A stretch of DNA of 64,000 nucleotides from Octopus sinensis (GCF_006345805.1 NC_043003.1:2232001-2296000), one strand, 5' to 3'; counted from the first letter of the stretch, positions 36,797 to 48,902 are shown. The notes: generated from the letters alone by a model not told the origin. Numbers and translations: made by a program.

Positions 36797-37475
36797 ATTA
36801 TATAAAAGGGCTTAGTAAAATAAATTACTTTGCCGCATACTGAACTCATTAGAAATAGCAGCTAAAAAACTTTTTTAAAGCTATTTCTAAACTTAAAGAA
36901 AATCTCTCTCATATATAGTGTTTGCTTAATTCAACTCACAAAAGTTTGGGGGTAAGGACATCGAAAAATCAAATGCTAAGGTTATTTGAGAACGTACGTT
37001 TCAAGATTAGTCAAAAACAACACTTCTATCATCAGCTCAGAAATTCCTTGGTTTGGATTTGGAAACACTGAAAATAAGAACATACCCTTTCGAAGATCTG
37101 CCCGTAACTAACAGTGCCACCAATTCAAATAAGCAAGCGAAGAATCTCTGTTCTCCCCTTTCCACCAGCGTGGGTTAAAAACATCAAACACTATGCTTAT
37201 TTCGGTAAAATCCGAAGCATTAATCAGAGGGAGATTAATTATAATTTCAACAATTGAGGGCAAAATTAATTAATTATTAATCAATTTCACCAAGTGGTCA
37301 GTATGCAAAGGGACCATTCAAGGCGAATTCAAATTATTACATTATATAAAAGGGCTTAGTAACATAAATTACTTTGCCGCATACTGAACTCATTAGAAAT
37401 AGCAGCTAAAAAACTTTTTTAAAGCTATTTCTAATACTTAAAGAAAATCTCTCTCATATATAGTGTTTGCTTAAT
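36797..37475 (-). mobile_element. Non-coding Penelope-pLTR/retrozyme-like element: 544-bp unit plus 135-bp terminal redundancy, carrying an HHR
   Basis: Direct repeats 36797-36930 and 37341-37475 (period 544; two differences); HHR core inside the unique part; no ORF. Confidence 0.72.
36987..37039 (-). ncRNA. Type I minimal hammerhead ribozyme motif
   Basis: Minus strand: tGAG-CTGATGA-TAGAAGTGTTGTTTTTGACTAATCTT-GAA-ACGTACGT-T-CTCa. Stem I tGAG/CTCa, intact CUGAUGA and GAAA core, palindromic helix III ACGTACGT, GUU cleavage triplet. Helix II is imperfect (no G10.1-C11.1 pair). Confidence 0.75.
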
Positions 37476-37611
37476 CAAAACTGAAAGAAGCCCATCATAT
37501 ATGTATATATATGTATATGTATATATATGTGTATATATATATATATATATATACACATATATATACATATACATATATATACATATATGATGGGCTTCTT
37601 TCAGTTTTGAT
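37474..37611. repeat. Perfect 138-bp palindrome centred in (TA)n
   Basis: atcaaaactgaaagaagcccatcatatatg... is mirrored by ...catatatgatgggcttctttcagttttgat; the checked positions pair symmetrically about 37542/37543. Confidence 0.9.
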
Positions 37612-37959
37612 CTACTGATAACCACTCACAAGGCTTTGGTCGGCCCAAGGCTATAGTAGAAGACACTTGCCCAAGGTGCCACACAGTGGGACTGAACCCA
37701 GAACCATGTGGTTGGGGAGCAAGCTTCTTACCACACAACCACTCCTGCACCTATAAGCCGCTTCTGTGCGTATAAACTGTTCATAACTTTTCATTGCTCT
37801 CCTCTGGCTTCAGAATGTTTCTGATGCAAGAGCTACAGCCATTCGTATCTGTGTAGGTGAAGGTTTCCTCAACATAAGAATTACCTTCTGACAGGTTACC
37901 CTTGTACATGTAATACAGATTTTGTTTGTGAATAAATCTACTAAAATATTAATGCTTTG

Positions 37960-38118
37960 GTGTGTGTGACTGTGTTGTATGAAGTTTGCTTTCCAACCTC
38001 ATGATTCAGAGTTCAGTCCCACTGTGTGGCACCTTGGGCAGATTTCTTCTCCTATAACCTTGGGCTAATCGAAGTGGATTTGGTTGATGGAAACTGAAAG
38101 AAGCCCATCATACATACA

Positions 38119-38161
<43 letters not shown>

Positions 38162-38440
38162 TGTGTGTGTGTGTGTATGTGTGTGTGTGTGTGTGTGTAT
38201 CGTTGAATCTGTGTTTGTCCCCCAGCATCACTTGGCAACCAGTGTTGGAGTGTTTACATCCCCATAGCTTAGTGGTTTAGCAAAAAGGGGGAAGATAAAA
38301 TAAGCACCAAGCTTAAAAGAAAAAGAAAAAAACCCAAAACTACTGGGGGTCAATTCCTTCGACTACAAAATTCTTCAAAGTGGTGCCCCAGCATGGCCGC
38401 AGTCCAATGACTGAAACAAGTAAAAAAATAAAAGCCAATA
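37960..38440 (+). mobile_element. SINE family B (diverged)
   Basis: gagttcagtcccactgtgtggcaccttgggcaga...ggtgccccagcatggccgcagtccaatgactgaaacaag. Confidence 0.8.
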
Positions 38441-39747
38441 GAGCTACAAAGCACCAATGAATTAAGTATGAGAATAAAGGAAAGCGGTGCCACCACCACT
38501 AACAGAAGAACTGAAGCAGCCAAAGATTCCCAGCTGCAAAAGATCAAATGATGTGGAAGTAGGATTGTCATGGAAACCCGATCTTCACATAAATGTTAAC
38601 AAAGGAAGACTAAGTGCACATCATGGGATGTTTAGTTCAATGCTTGGATATTATTGGAATCTGGCCAAAGAGTTTGTTGCAGCTGTGAGCTCAACATTTA
38701 TCTGCTGTCTTTTACTTGTTTCAGTCGTTGGACTACGGTCATGCTGGGGCACCGGCATGAATGGTTTAACCCCTTAGCATCTAAACCAGCTTTAGCCGGA
38801 CTGTCTATTCTATCTGTTTTATAATCATAATGGCCGTATCCAGATTCTCACGCCTATAAAATGTCGTTGTCAGCATTAACGATCTCATAATTGAAATCTC
38901 AAAGCTATGAGACAATGCATGGTTTATTCAAAATAAGGCAAATAAAAAAGCTTTGCGTTTCTCACAGGAATCTCGATGCCAAAAGCTTAACAAAACAAAT
39001 CCTCCTCTGCACATATGGGTTTTTTTTTGTTTCTATGTTTTGTGTCTTTAATCTCATAATTATTCTAGTTGTCTCTTTTTGTCAAACTCCTAAATTATGG
39101 GGATGTAAACAAACCAAAGCTGGTTGCCAAACACCTGGGGTGGGAGCGGGGGGGGGAGCAGGACAAGCACAAACACAAAAATAAGCAATCAAGAGCATAC
39201 ATATTCACACACACACACACACACACAAATATGTGTATATGCCAGCATGGAAAATGGATGTTAAATGATGATGATGATACACACACACGCACACACACAC
39301 ATGTGTGTATATATATATATTCACACATACTTATTTGTTTATAAAATTAAAATATAGGCGCAGGAGTGGCTGTGTGGTAAGTAGCTTGCTAACTAACCAC
39401 ATTGTTCCGGGTTCAGTCTCACTGCGTGGCATCTTGGGCAAGTGTCTTCTGCTATAGCCCCGGGCCGACCAATGCCTTGTGAGTGGATTTGGTAGACGGA
39501 AACTGAAAGAAGCCTGTCGTATATATGTATATATATATGTGTGTGTGTGTATATGTTTGTGTGTCTGTGTTTAGAGAAGAACTAAAATTTTGGAGTGGCA
39601 TGGAACACGGTGAGGGTCATAGGCTTATAATTCATTTCTAATTTTTTTATCTACCTTCTTATCATCAACAAAAGATCTATATGCATGTACACACACACAC
39701 ACACACACACACACGCACGCACACACACACACACACACACACATATA

Positions 39748-40637
39748 CAAGGGGGTACCCAAAAGAAACTGGAATTTTGTAATATTATTTTATTCACTTA
39801 GTTTTTACATGTTTATACTTTTAAAACCTTCAAAGTATTTTCCATTCCGGACGTGTTTTCCACTGGTCAAAGCAGTTTTGCAACTCTTGTGAAGTGATGC
39901 ATTTTAACACCTGTGTAACTTTTTTTCTTCACCTCTTCCACATCGGCAAATTCCATAGCACCAGCTTTCATCTTCACTGATGACCTTTGAAAAGAGGTCC
40001 GGGTCAACTCCCAGCTGTTCTTTTAGTTCACGACATGCATTCAGTCGTGACTGCTTTTGATCATCTGTGAGCAGGTTAGGCACAAATTTTACTGCAACTC
40101 TTTTCATTCACAATTCTTCACTCGAAATTCATTGACAGGAGCTCCAGGACACACCAGTCATAGCAACAAGTTCGTCAATTGTTCGGTGATGGTCTTCTAA
40201 GATGAATTCACAAATTTTCATAATGTTTTCCTTCATTTGGGAGATCAATGGTTATCCTGAATGAGATTGGTCTTCAAACAACAGTGACCATTCTTAAAGC
40301 ATGGAAACCACTCGTAAACTTGTATTTTGCTCATGGAACCTTCCTTGTAAGCTGTTTGAAGCATGACAACTGTTTCAGCTGCCATTTCCCTCAAATGAAA
40401 ACAGAATTTCACGGAAGCATGCTGTTTCTTCATTTCAGCCATTGCAAAAATCGGCAAACAGGGGGGAAGTACTGCAAAAGAAAGGTGCACCACGTGGCAG
40501 TGTGACCTCAGTGGATGCAGCCAGTTGGCAGACTGATGCCTGAGGGTCTCATCAAGTGGTTTCTAGTGGCAGAAGCCTAAAGTAGAATGGGCTTCTCCCA
40601 CAGAGAACGTTTGTGATTACTTTTGGGTACCTCTTCA
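39748..40637 (-). mobile_element. Mariner DNA transposon, internally deleted, copy 1
   Basis: TA TSDs (39746-47, 40638-39); TIR core GGTACCCAAAAG at both ends. Transposase remnant QHASVKFCFHL...ETVVMLQTAY...VYEWF...MKRVAVKFVPNLLTDDQKQSRL...VISEDESWCY; the later catalytic residues are missing. Confidence 0.93.
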
Positions 40638-40701
40638 TACACACCACACACACACACACACGCACGCACACACACACACACAACACACACACACACATAT
40701 A

Positions 40702-41592
40702 CAAGGGGGTACCCAAAAGAAACTGGAATTTTGTAATATTATTTTATTCACTTAGTTTTTACATGTTTATACTTTTAAAACCTTCAAAGTATTTTCCATT
40801 CCGGACGTGTTTTCCACTGGTCAAAGCAGTTTTGCAACTCTTGTGAAGTGATGCATTTTAACACCTGTGTAACTTTTTTTCTTCACCTCTTCCACATCGG
40901 CAAATTCCATAGCACCAGCTTTCATCTTCACTGATGACCTTTGAAAAGAGGTCCGGGTCAACTCCCAGCTGTTCTTTTAGTTCACGACATGCATTCAGTC
41001 GTGACTGCTTTTGATCATCTGTGAGCAGGTTAGGCACAAATTTTACTGCAACTCTTTTCATTCACAATTCTTCACTCGAAATTCATTGACAGGAGCTCCA
41101 GGACACACCAGTCATAGCAACAAGTTCGTCAATTGTTCGGTGATGGTCTTCTAAGATGAATTCACAAATTTTCATAATGTTTTCCTTCATTTGGGAGATC
41201 AATGGTTATCCTGAATGAGATTGGTCTTCAAACAACAAGTGACCATTCTTAAAGCATGGAAACCACTCGTAAACTTGTATTTTGCTCATGGAACCTTCCT
41301 TGTAAGCTGTTTGAAGCATGACAACTGTTTCAGCTGCCATTTCCCTCAAATGAAAACAGAATTTCACGGAAGCATGCTGTTTCTTCATTTCAGCCATTGC
41401 AAAAATCGGCAAACAGGGGGGAAGTACTGCAAAAGAAAGGTGCACCACGTGGCAGTGTGACCTCAGTGGATGCAGCCAGTTGGCAGACTGATGCCTGAGG
41501 GTCTCATCAAGTGGTTTCTAGTGGCAGAAGCCTAAAGTAGAATGGGCTTCTCCCACAGAGAACGTTTGTGATTACTTTTGGGTACCTCTTCA
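40702..41592 (-). mobile_element. Mariner DNA transposon, copy 2 (near-identical tandem duplicate)
   Basis: Offset of 954 bp from copy 1; the only difference noticed is aacaacagtg vs aacaacaagtg; TA at 40700-01 and 41593-94. Confidence 0.93.
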
Positions 41593-41621
41593 TACACACA
41601 CACACACACACACACACACAG

Positions 41622-41653
<32 letters not shown>

Positions 41654-41668
41654 ATATATATATACATA

Positions 41669-42030
41669 TATATTATTACAAATTTGCAGTATTTTACCAA
41701 TAGAACCGCAACTCCTATTTCAGGTCAATCTTATTGTCTGGAATACACATCATCATCATCATCGTTTAATGTCCGTTTTCCAAACTAGCATGGGTTGGAC
41801 CACATAGAAGGTTATCTCCAATATAATAATAAAATAATATAAGCTTCTTTCCCCCACAGACTAATAACAGCTAAGTTATATCTATATATATACTTTTTCA
41901 AATATTTAAAAAATTTTTATTTTATTATTATATTGGAGATCACTTTCTATGTGTATTCCAGACAATAAGGTTATCCTGGAATAGGAGTTGCGATTCTATT
42001 GGTAAATTCCCAAATTTGTAATAATATTAT
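41669..42030. mobile_element. Hairpin MITE with TIRs of about 110 bp; left TIR interrupted by a 50-nt family A tail
   Basis: tattattacaaatttg...gcaactcctat...ttattgtctggaatacacat[insert]agaaggttatctccaatata is inverted at about 41925-42030. Confidence 0.8.
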
Positions 42031-42122
42031 AAATGATACTATTTACATTGCATTAGTAAAATGTAAAATTGTAAATGTCCTGATAACCTGGAATACTTAT
42101 TATTCCCTAAGATTTTAAAAAA

Positions 42123-42560
42123 TCATCATCATCATCGTTTAACGTCCGCTTTCCATGCTAGCATGGGTCGGACGATTTTGACTGAGGGCTGGCAAACCAG
42201 ATGGCTGCACCAGGCCCCAATCTTGATCTGGCTGGATGCCTTTCCTAACGCCAACCAATCCGAGAGTGTAGTGGGCGCTTTTTACGTGCCACTGGCATGG
42301 GGCCAGTCAGGCGGTACTGGCAACGACCTTGCTCGAATCTTTTTACACATGCCACCGGCACAGGTGCCAGTAAGGCGACATTGGTAATGATCACGCTCGA
42401 ATGGTGCCCTTTTATGTGCCACTGGCACAGAAGCCAGTTGGCTGCTCTGGCAACAATCACACTCGGATGGTGTTCTTGGCACCCTACTAGCACAAGCACA
42501 GGTGCCAGTAAGGCGATGCTGGTAACGATCACACTCGAATGGTGCCCTTTTATGTGCCAG
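42123..42560 (-). mobile_element. RTE 3'-tail element (family A) with VNTR
   Basis: catcatcatcatcgtttaacgtccgc plus repeated gatcac(g/a)ctcgaatggtgcc units. Confidence 0.85.
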
Positions 42561-43388
42561 ATATATATATATATATATATTTATACAATACACACACACA
42601 CATGTATACATATGTGCAATGAGCTTTCATGCAATTTTCATCTACTGTATTCACTCAGGGTATTGGTTACCCTGGGACACTTGTCCAAAAGTTTCACAAC
42701 AGGATTGAACCTGGGATTTCAAGGCTGCAAAACAAGTTTCTCAACAGCGCAACTATATCCAAAACATTATAAATTACACCAAAGAATTCATGGAGGAGTG
42801 GCAAAGGCAAATGAGGGTAAAGCATTTTTTAACCTCATTAAACAAATTACAAAGTAATTTTACACTTAAATGGTGTCATTATTGGCGATATTAAATATGG
42901 GCTGCACCTCATCACAAATGCAAATGAGGGTTCTTTCACATGGTCACTAAATTTGGTAGAAATAGTAACCAATCTCTTCAAAATCTGCAAATCACTAAAG
43001 GAGCCTTTGTGCAGTCGTTTAGCCTGCTAAAAATAGTAGCCAGATCTCCTTCAAATTTTGCATAAGCATTTTAAAAATAGATGAATATATGGACAAATGT
43101 TATACGCTAGAAAAGAAAACAAGATAAGGAAGTCTGGAATGCTGGCTGTCATCATTGTCATCATCATCATCATCTTTGTCATCATCATCATCATCATCAT
43201 CGTCATCATTTAATGTCCATTTTTCGAAGCCTGCACGGGTCTGATGGAACTTGTCAAGTCATTATCCATGGTTGGATGACCTCACCATCCATCACCTGTT
43301 TCTTAACAAGGTAATATCTACCTGTGGCCAGACATGTTTTTCAAAGAGCAGAATCACTTGTATGATGTTGATGCCTACTTACCACCAT

Positions 43389-43430
<42 letters not shown>

Positions 43431-43584
43431 AATATATATAAAAAGCAAATAAGTGACAAGGATGTCCAGGTATTAGTGCATTACGACCATTTCAAGTGGC
43501 TCCATTTAATTGATCAATTAATTATATCTTGTGTGTGTGTATGTATGTATATATATAAACACACACACACACACATTCTTTTAT

Positions 43585-43738
43585 TTATTTCAGTCATTTG
43601 ACTGTGGCCATGCTGGAGCACCACCTTTAGCCGAACAAATCGACCTCAGGTCTTTTTCTTTGTAAGACTAGTACTTATCCTATCAGTCTCTTTTACCAAA
43701 CTGCTAAGTTACGGGGACAAACACAGACACACAAACAT

Positions 43739-43779
<41 letters not shown>

Positions 43780-43922
43780 ACAGGCTTCTTTCAGTTTCTG
43801 TGAGAAATTCACTCACAAGGCTTTGGTTGGCCCATGGCTATAGTAGACGACGCAGTGGGACTGAACCTGGAACCATGTGGTTGGTAAGCAAGCAACTTAC
43901 CACACAGCCACTCCTGCACCTA
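43585..43922 (-). mobile_element. SINE family B
   Basis: Family B tail-to-head sequence with small deletions. Confidence 0.82.
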
Positions 43923-45189
43923 TATACGTAAATATAAAATGGGCTTCTTTTAGTTTCCATCTTCCAAGTTCACCCACCAGGCTTTAGTTGACCTGGGGAT
44001 ATAAAAAAAAGCTTATCCAGGGTGCTGTGTAGTGGGACTGAAACTGAGACCACATGGTTGAGAAGCAGGCTTTTTAGCCACCCAGAGCCTGCACTTATAT
44101 TGGAAATTTGCTGACACAAAAGTACTCAAAGCTTACCTGCTTATAACGGCCCTTCAAAGGTGATGACAGCATGAGTCCAGGACACTCATCCTTGTTTGTC
44201 TCCAGCATATTGTTTCTCAAGGGAACGGACATGGCTGACAAGGCCGATGCAAGATAGGGGTAGATCCTGTAGCACTAAGGGTACTGAAAATAACCCCAAA
44301 CAACCGCTGCATGGGGTTGATGGTCACATCTCCTCTCTTCATGCAGCCCACCAGCATAGCTAGAGTGTGTGCCACCCGGGGTGGCCCTTCTGTTTGCTGC
44401 CCCTCGGACCACACAAAAAACACATATTGCCTTCAGCAGACCCAAAAATGCTGCCCTTTAAAAGTGACCCCTGGAGTGGACTGCGCCTACTGCCCCTCCC
44501 CCAGCTATGCTAGTGATGCGGCCTCCTCCATTTGGTTTCAGGGTTTACTCCATCGTCACACATGGACTTCTGTGGCAGTTAATTGGAATAGTTAAAGAAA
44601 CATAGTCAGACATGAGTCTTGGAGAAAATATTAAAATGTGATGATTCTGTAGAAAAAAGTCTTTGATCTTGGCAGCTGCTTCCAGCACAATTTTTATCCA
44701 AATCCATTTCCCAAAACTTGCTGTAATTACAATGTGGCCCATCAGAGAAGTGAGCCCTGCAAGGTGGGTTGGCTGCTGCAGTGAGTGTCACTGGCCATTC
44801 TCTGCTACAATGCTACCCTGGTCATGTCTGCTGGGCACAGCTCAACATACACTTTGTTCTGGGGTGGACTCCCCCACCCTATCTTCTGCCACTTAATCTT
44901 TCCCGACTTCTCTTTCTTTGCTTCCTCGTAATTAAATTGGGATTCAATCTTTATGTAAGTAAAACTGATTTTATTATACCAACTTGTATATGGTTCCTTG
45001 ACATGCTAGAAATAGAAACCAAATTTCTTTCACATTCCCTTCACCATTTTAAAAACAGACGTCACATTGTATAATGCTGTCTCAGGTGGATGGCTATGAG
45101 TGGAATGCCCAAAACAGTAGGGTTCTTCAATCAGGAATCGCAAGCTAAATCTGATACTTCATCAGTTACATCAACAAGGATTTCAGGTG

Positions 45190-45475
45190 ATCCGCTCAAC
45201 GGAACAGCCTCCTCAAGAAATGAACATCCAAGTGGCTGAGCGTTCCACAGACGTGCACACCTTTGATGTAGTTCTCAGGGTGATTCAGCAAAAATGTGAC
45301 AAGGCTGGCCCCTTTTGAATGACAGGTACAACTCATTGTTGCTGGCTGAGTGGACTGGGTGAATAAAGTGTTTTGCTCAAGGAGACAACCTGCCACTGGG
45401 AATTGAACTCATGAGCTTACAGTTGTGAGCCAAAAACCCCTGACCACCAAACCACACGTTTTCAGTAGAGCCGAA
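45190..45475 (-). mobile_element. Older SINE sharing the family D tail
   Basis: Reverse complement of the 13900-14030 tail (agccacttg...aggctgttccgttga) plus a tRNA/CORE-like head (ccttgagcaaaacacttt). Confidence 0.65.
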
Positions 45476-46012
45476 AAGCAACAACAGCAGCAACAACAAC
45501 AACTGCAACAACAACAAATGCAACAAAAGCAACAAATACAAAAACAACAACAAACAACAAACGGCAGCACTACAAAAAACTAGAACAGACCACATAACAT
45601 GGCTGACCTGAAAAGTCTTCTCGGCCGATGATGTTATCGTTGCAGTGAGACATTTTAAGTTGTGATAGGAGAGAAAATAGTTTTGCAACCACCACATGGA
45701 ACTCCTCAAATTCCTTAAATAAACTGTGATAAGGAAGAACGTGTCAAACCATTGTAGAGGCTTCTTGAGCGGGAGGAAGGGAGGGGGGCATGAAATTCAA
45801 GCATCAAATACAGAAATATTTCACCAACGATGCTTGGTTTCTAGTCGAGCACGAAGACACATTTAGTGAGTCTGGTTCTGAAGGCATTTGCATTCAAGGA
45901 GGCCGTAAAATAAAATATACATTCATATATAATAAATATGCATAAGTGTATGTGTGTGTGTGTGTATATTGTATGTATGTATATATATATACATATGTGT
46001 GTGTGTGTGTAA

Positions 46013-46242
46013 GGCGGCAAGCTGGCAGAAACGTTAGCACGCCGGGCGAAATGCTTAGCGGTATTTCGTCTGTCGTTACATTCTGAGTTCAAATTCCGCT
46101 GAGGTAGACTTTGCCTTTCATCCTTTCGGGGTCGATAAATTAAATACCAGTTATGCACTGGAGTCGATGTAATTGACTTAATCCCTTTGTCTGTCCTTGT
46201 TTGTCCCCTCTGTGTTTAGCCCTTTGTGGGCAGTAAAGAAAT
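46013..46242 (+). mobile_element. SINE family C, full length
   Basis: ggcggcaagctggcagaaacgttagcacgccgggcg...cctttgtgggcagtaaagaaat. Confidence 0.9.
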
Positions 46243-46316
46243 ATATATATATATATATATTATTATTATTATTATTATTGCCATCATCATTATCATAATA
46301 TATATATATATATATA

Positions 46317-46703
46317 CAGGGGTTGGACAAAATAATAGAAACACCTTAAAATTTCAAGCAAATTTATTTTAATATGGGGTAGGACCGCCTTTGGCAGTAA
46401 TTACACCTTGAATTCTACAAGGTATGGACTTGTACAAAGTTTGAATTGTTTCCAAAGGAATTTTTGTCCATTCTTCAGCCAAAACAGTCTCCAGTTCTTG
46501 TAGTGATGATGGTGGAGGATGTCTACTCCTTACTTGTTTTTCTAAAGTGCATCATTAATTTTCAATTATATTGAGATCTAAAGACTGTGTTGGCCAGATA
46601 AGATGTTCAGCTTCACTAGAATGTTCCTTGTGCCATTCAGTAACAACTTCAGCTGTGTGAATTGGTGCTTTATCATCCTGAAAGATTGTGTTTCCCTCTT
46701 TGA
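46317..46703 (-). mobile_element. Tc1 transposon 3' end (transposase C-terminus and TIR)
   Basis: Minus strand: FQDDKAPIHTAEVVTEWH...LIWPTQSLDLNIIEN...LQELETVLAEEWTKIP...IQGVITAKGGPTPY; TA-CAGGGGTTGGACAAAATAATAGAAACACC terminus. Confidence 0.9.
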
Positions 46704-46716
46704 AAGTCCGATAGAT

Positions 46717-47122
46717 CTCTTTTACTCTTTTACTCTTTTACTTGTTTCAGTCATTTGACTGCGGCCATGCTGGAGCACCGCCTTTAGTCGAGCAAATCGA
46801 CCCCGGGACTTATTCTTTGTAAGCCCAGTACTTATTCTATCGGTCTCTTTTGCCGAACCGCTAAGTGACGGGGATGTAAACACACCAGCATCGGTTGTCA
46901 AGCAATGCTAGGGGGACAAACACAGACACACAAACACATACATATATATATATATACATATATAAGACAGGCTTCTTTCAGTTTCCGTCTACCAAATCCA
47001 CTCACAAGGCATTGGTCAGCCCGGGGCTATAGCAGAAGACACTTACCCAAGGTGCCACACAGTGGGACTGAACCCGGAACCATGTGGTTGGTTAGCAAGC
47101 TACTTACCACACAGCCACTCCT
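46717..47122 (-). mobile_element. SINE family B, full length
   Basis: Closest to the family consensus among the copies seen. Confidence 0.92.
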
Positions 47123-47334
47123 GTCATTTTAATGAATTTTAATTATCTTTTTCTGATGATATCTGAAAAGAAACAGCCTTTTTAGTAAAACATATTAAGC
47201 AACAAATCAAAAGACATAAAGAGAAACACGCTTTTGATGGTTTTATAGATATTTCAAAACTATGATGCTCTGATGCTGGGTGTTTCCATTACTTGGCTCA
47301 ACCCCTGTATATATACACATATGTGTACATACAC

Positions 47335-47625
47335 ACTTTATTCTCTAGAAAAACGACGGCGCCATGGAGATCTCATTCTTGCTCACAACATCATAAGCGG
47401 AAAGTGTAACCTCTCGAAGGAGCTGTTCTTCACTCCTGCTCCAGAGCGTCGGCTGCGGGGTCATTCCGAAAAGCTCTATCTGCGACGATTTCATCTCAAT
47501 CGAAGGAGAGGGGCTTTCTCCGTCCGGGTTGCGGATCCATGGAATAAGCTGCCAGACGAGATGGTGTAGATGCCGACGACCGCTCGGTTCAAGGTCTCCC
47601 TTGACCTCAAGTGGCCTGAACTCTT
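47335..47625 (+). mobile_element. CR1-like LINE 3' fragment
   Basis: YSLEKRRRHGDLILAHNIISG...RLRGHSEKL...RRGAFSVRVADPWNKLPDEMV*...FKVSLD. Confidence 0.85.
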
Positions 47626-48177
47626 TACATGAACACCACTCTGTACATAACTCCATGTCCCCCTACATGGCCTTGCTTTTTGCTTTTTGAGCCAAAAAAT
47701 TAACTACCTAACTAACTAATTAACACATATGCGCATATCTATCTATCTGTCTGTCTGTCTGTGTGTGTGTGGCTGATGCCAGTGTCACCTGACTGGCTCC
47801 TGTGCTGGTGGCACGTAACAGGCACCCACTACACTCATGGAGTGGTTGGCATTAGGAAGGACATCAAGCTGTAGAAACTCTGCCAGATCAAAATTGGAGC
47901 CTGGTGCAGCCTCCCGGCTTGCCAGTCCCCAGTCAAACCATCAACCCATGCCAGCATGGAAAGTGGATGTTAAATGACGACGACAATGATGCATCTGATG
48001 GACAGCTGACAACTGAAGAGAGGTCCTCTCTCTGTGTTTACTTGTCCTCTTTACCATTTTTTCTCGTTGTTTATGCATTTACTTTTTTGCTTACGTGTCT
48101 CATATTGTTTGAACCATTGGTGACATCCTGTTTCCATATATGCATGTATATATGTGTGTGTGTATATATATATATAT

Positions 48178-48510
48178 CATCATCATCGTTTAATGTCCGC
48201 TTTCCATGCTAGTATAGGTTGGACAATTTGACTGAGGGCTGGCGAACCAGATGGCTGCACCAGGCTCCAATCTTGATCTGGCAGAGTTTCTACAGCTGGA
48301 TGCCCTTCCTAATGCCAACCACTCCGAGAGTGTAGTGGGTGCTTTTACGGGCCACTGGCATGGGGCCAGTCAGGCAGTACTGGCAATGACCACGCTCGAA
48401 TCTTTTTACACATGCCTCCGGCACAGGTGCCAATAAGGCGACGCTGGTAACGATCACGCTCAGATAGTGCTCTTAACACCCTACTAGCACGGGGCTCGAG
48501 TGCCAGTAAC
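48178..48510 (-). mobile_element. RTE 3'-tail element (family A) with VNTR
   Basis: catcatcatcgtttaatgtccgc... plus VNTR units. Confidence 0.82.
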
Positions 48511-48534
48511 GCATATATATATATGTGTGTGTGT

Positions 48535-48875
48535 GGAGTGTCTGTGTGGTAAGTAGCTTGCTTACCAACCATATGGTCCCAGGTTCAGTACCACTGCGTG
48601 GCACCTTGACCAAGTGTTTTCTACTATAGCCTTGTAAGTGGATTTGGTAGACGGAAACTGGAAGATGTATATATATTTATATGTATGTGTGTGTATATGT
48701 TTGTGTACCTGTTTGCCCACCCAACATTGCTTGAACTTAGCGGTTCAGTAAAAAGAGACCTATAGAATAAGTACTAAGTTTACAAAGAATAAGCTCTGGG
48801 ATCGATTTGTTTACTAAAGGAGGTGCTCCAGCATGGTCGCAGTCAAATGACCGAAACAAGTAAAAGAATAAAAAT
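48535..48875 (+). mobile_element. SINE family B
   Basis: ggagtgtctgtgtggtaagtagc...gcagtcaaatgaccgaaacaagtaaaag. Confidence 0.82.
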
Positions 48876-48902
48876 AAATACACACACACACACACACACA
48901 TA

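Larger units (their letters stand above)
36583..37755 (-). mobile_element. SINE family B split by the insertion at 36797-37475
   Basis: Tail half at 36583-36796 and head half at about 37543-37755; the break lies in the internal (TA)n tract. Confidence 0.82.

Noticed and set aside
44138-44270. Possible minus-strand exon ending in cag/gtaagc (IYPYLASALSAMSVPLRNNMLETNKDECPGLMLSSPLKGRYKQ)
   Set aside because: Weak acceptor, no recognisable homology and no partner exons.
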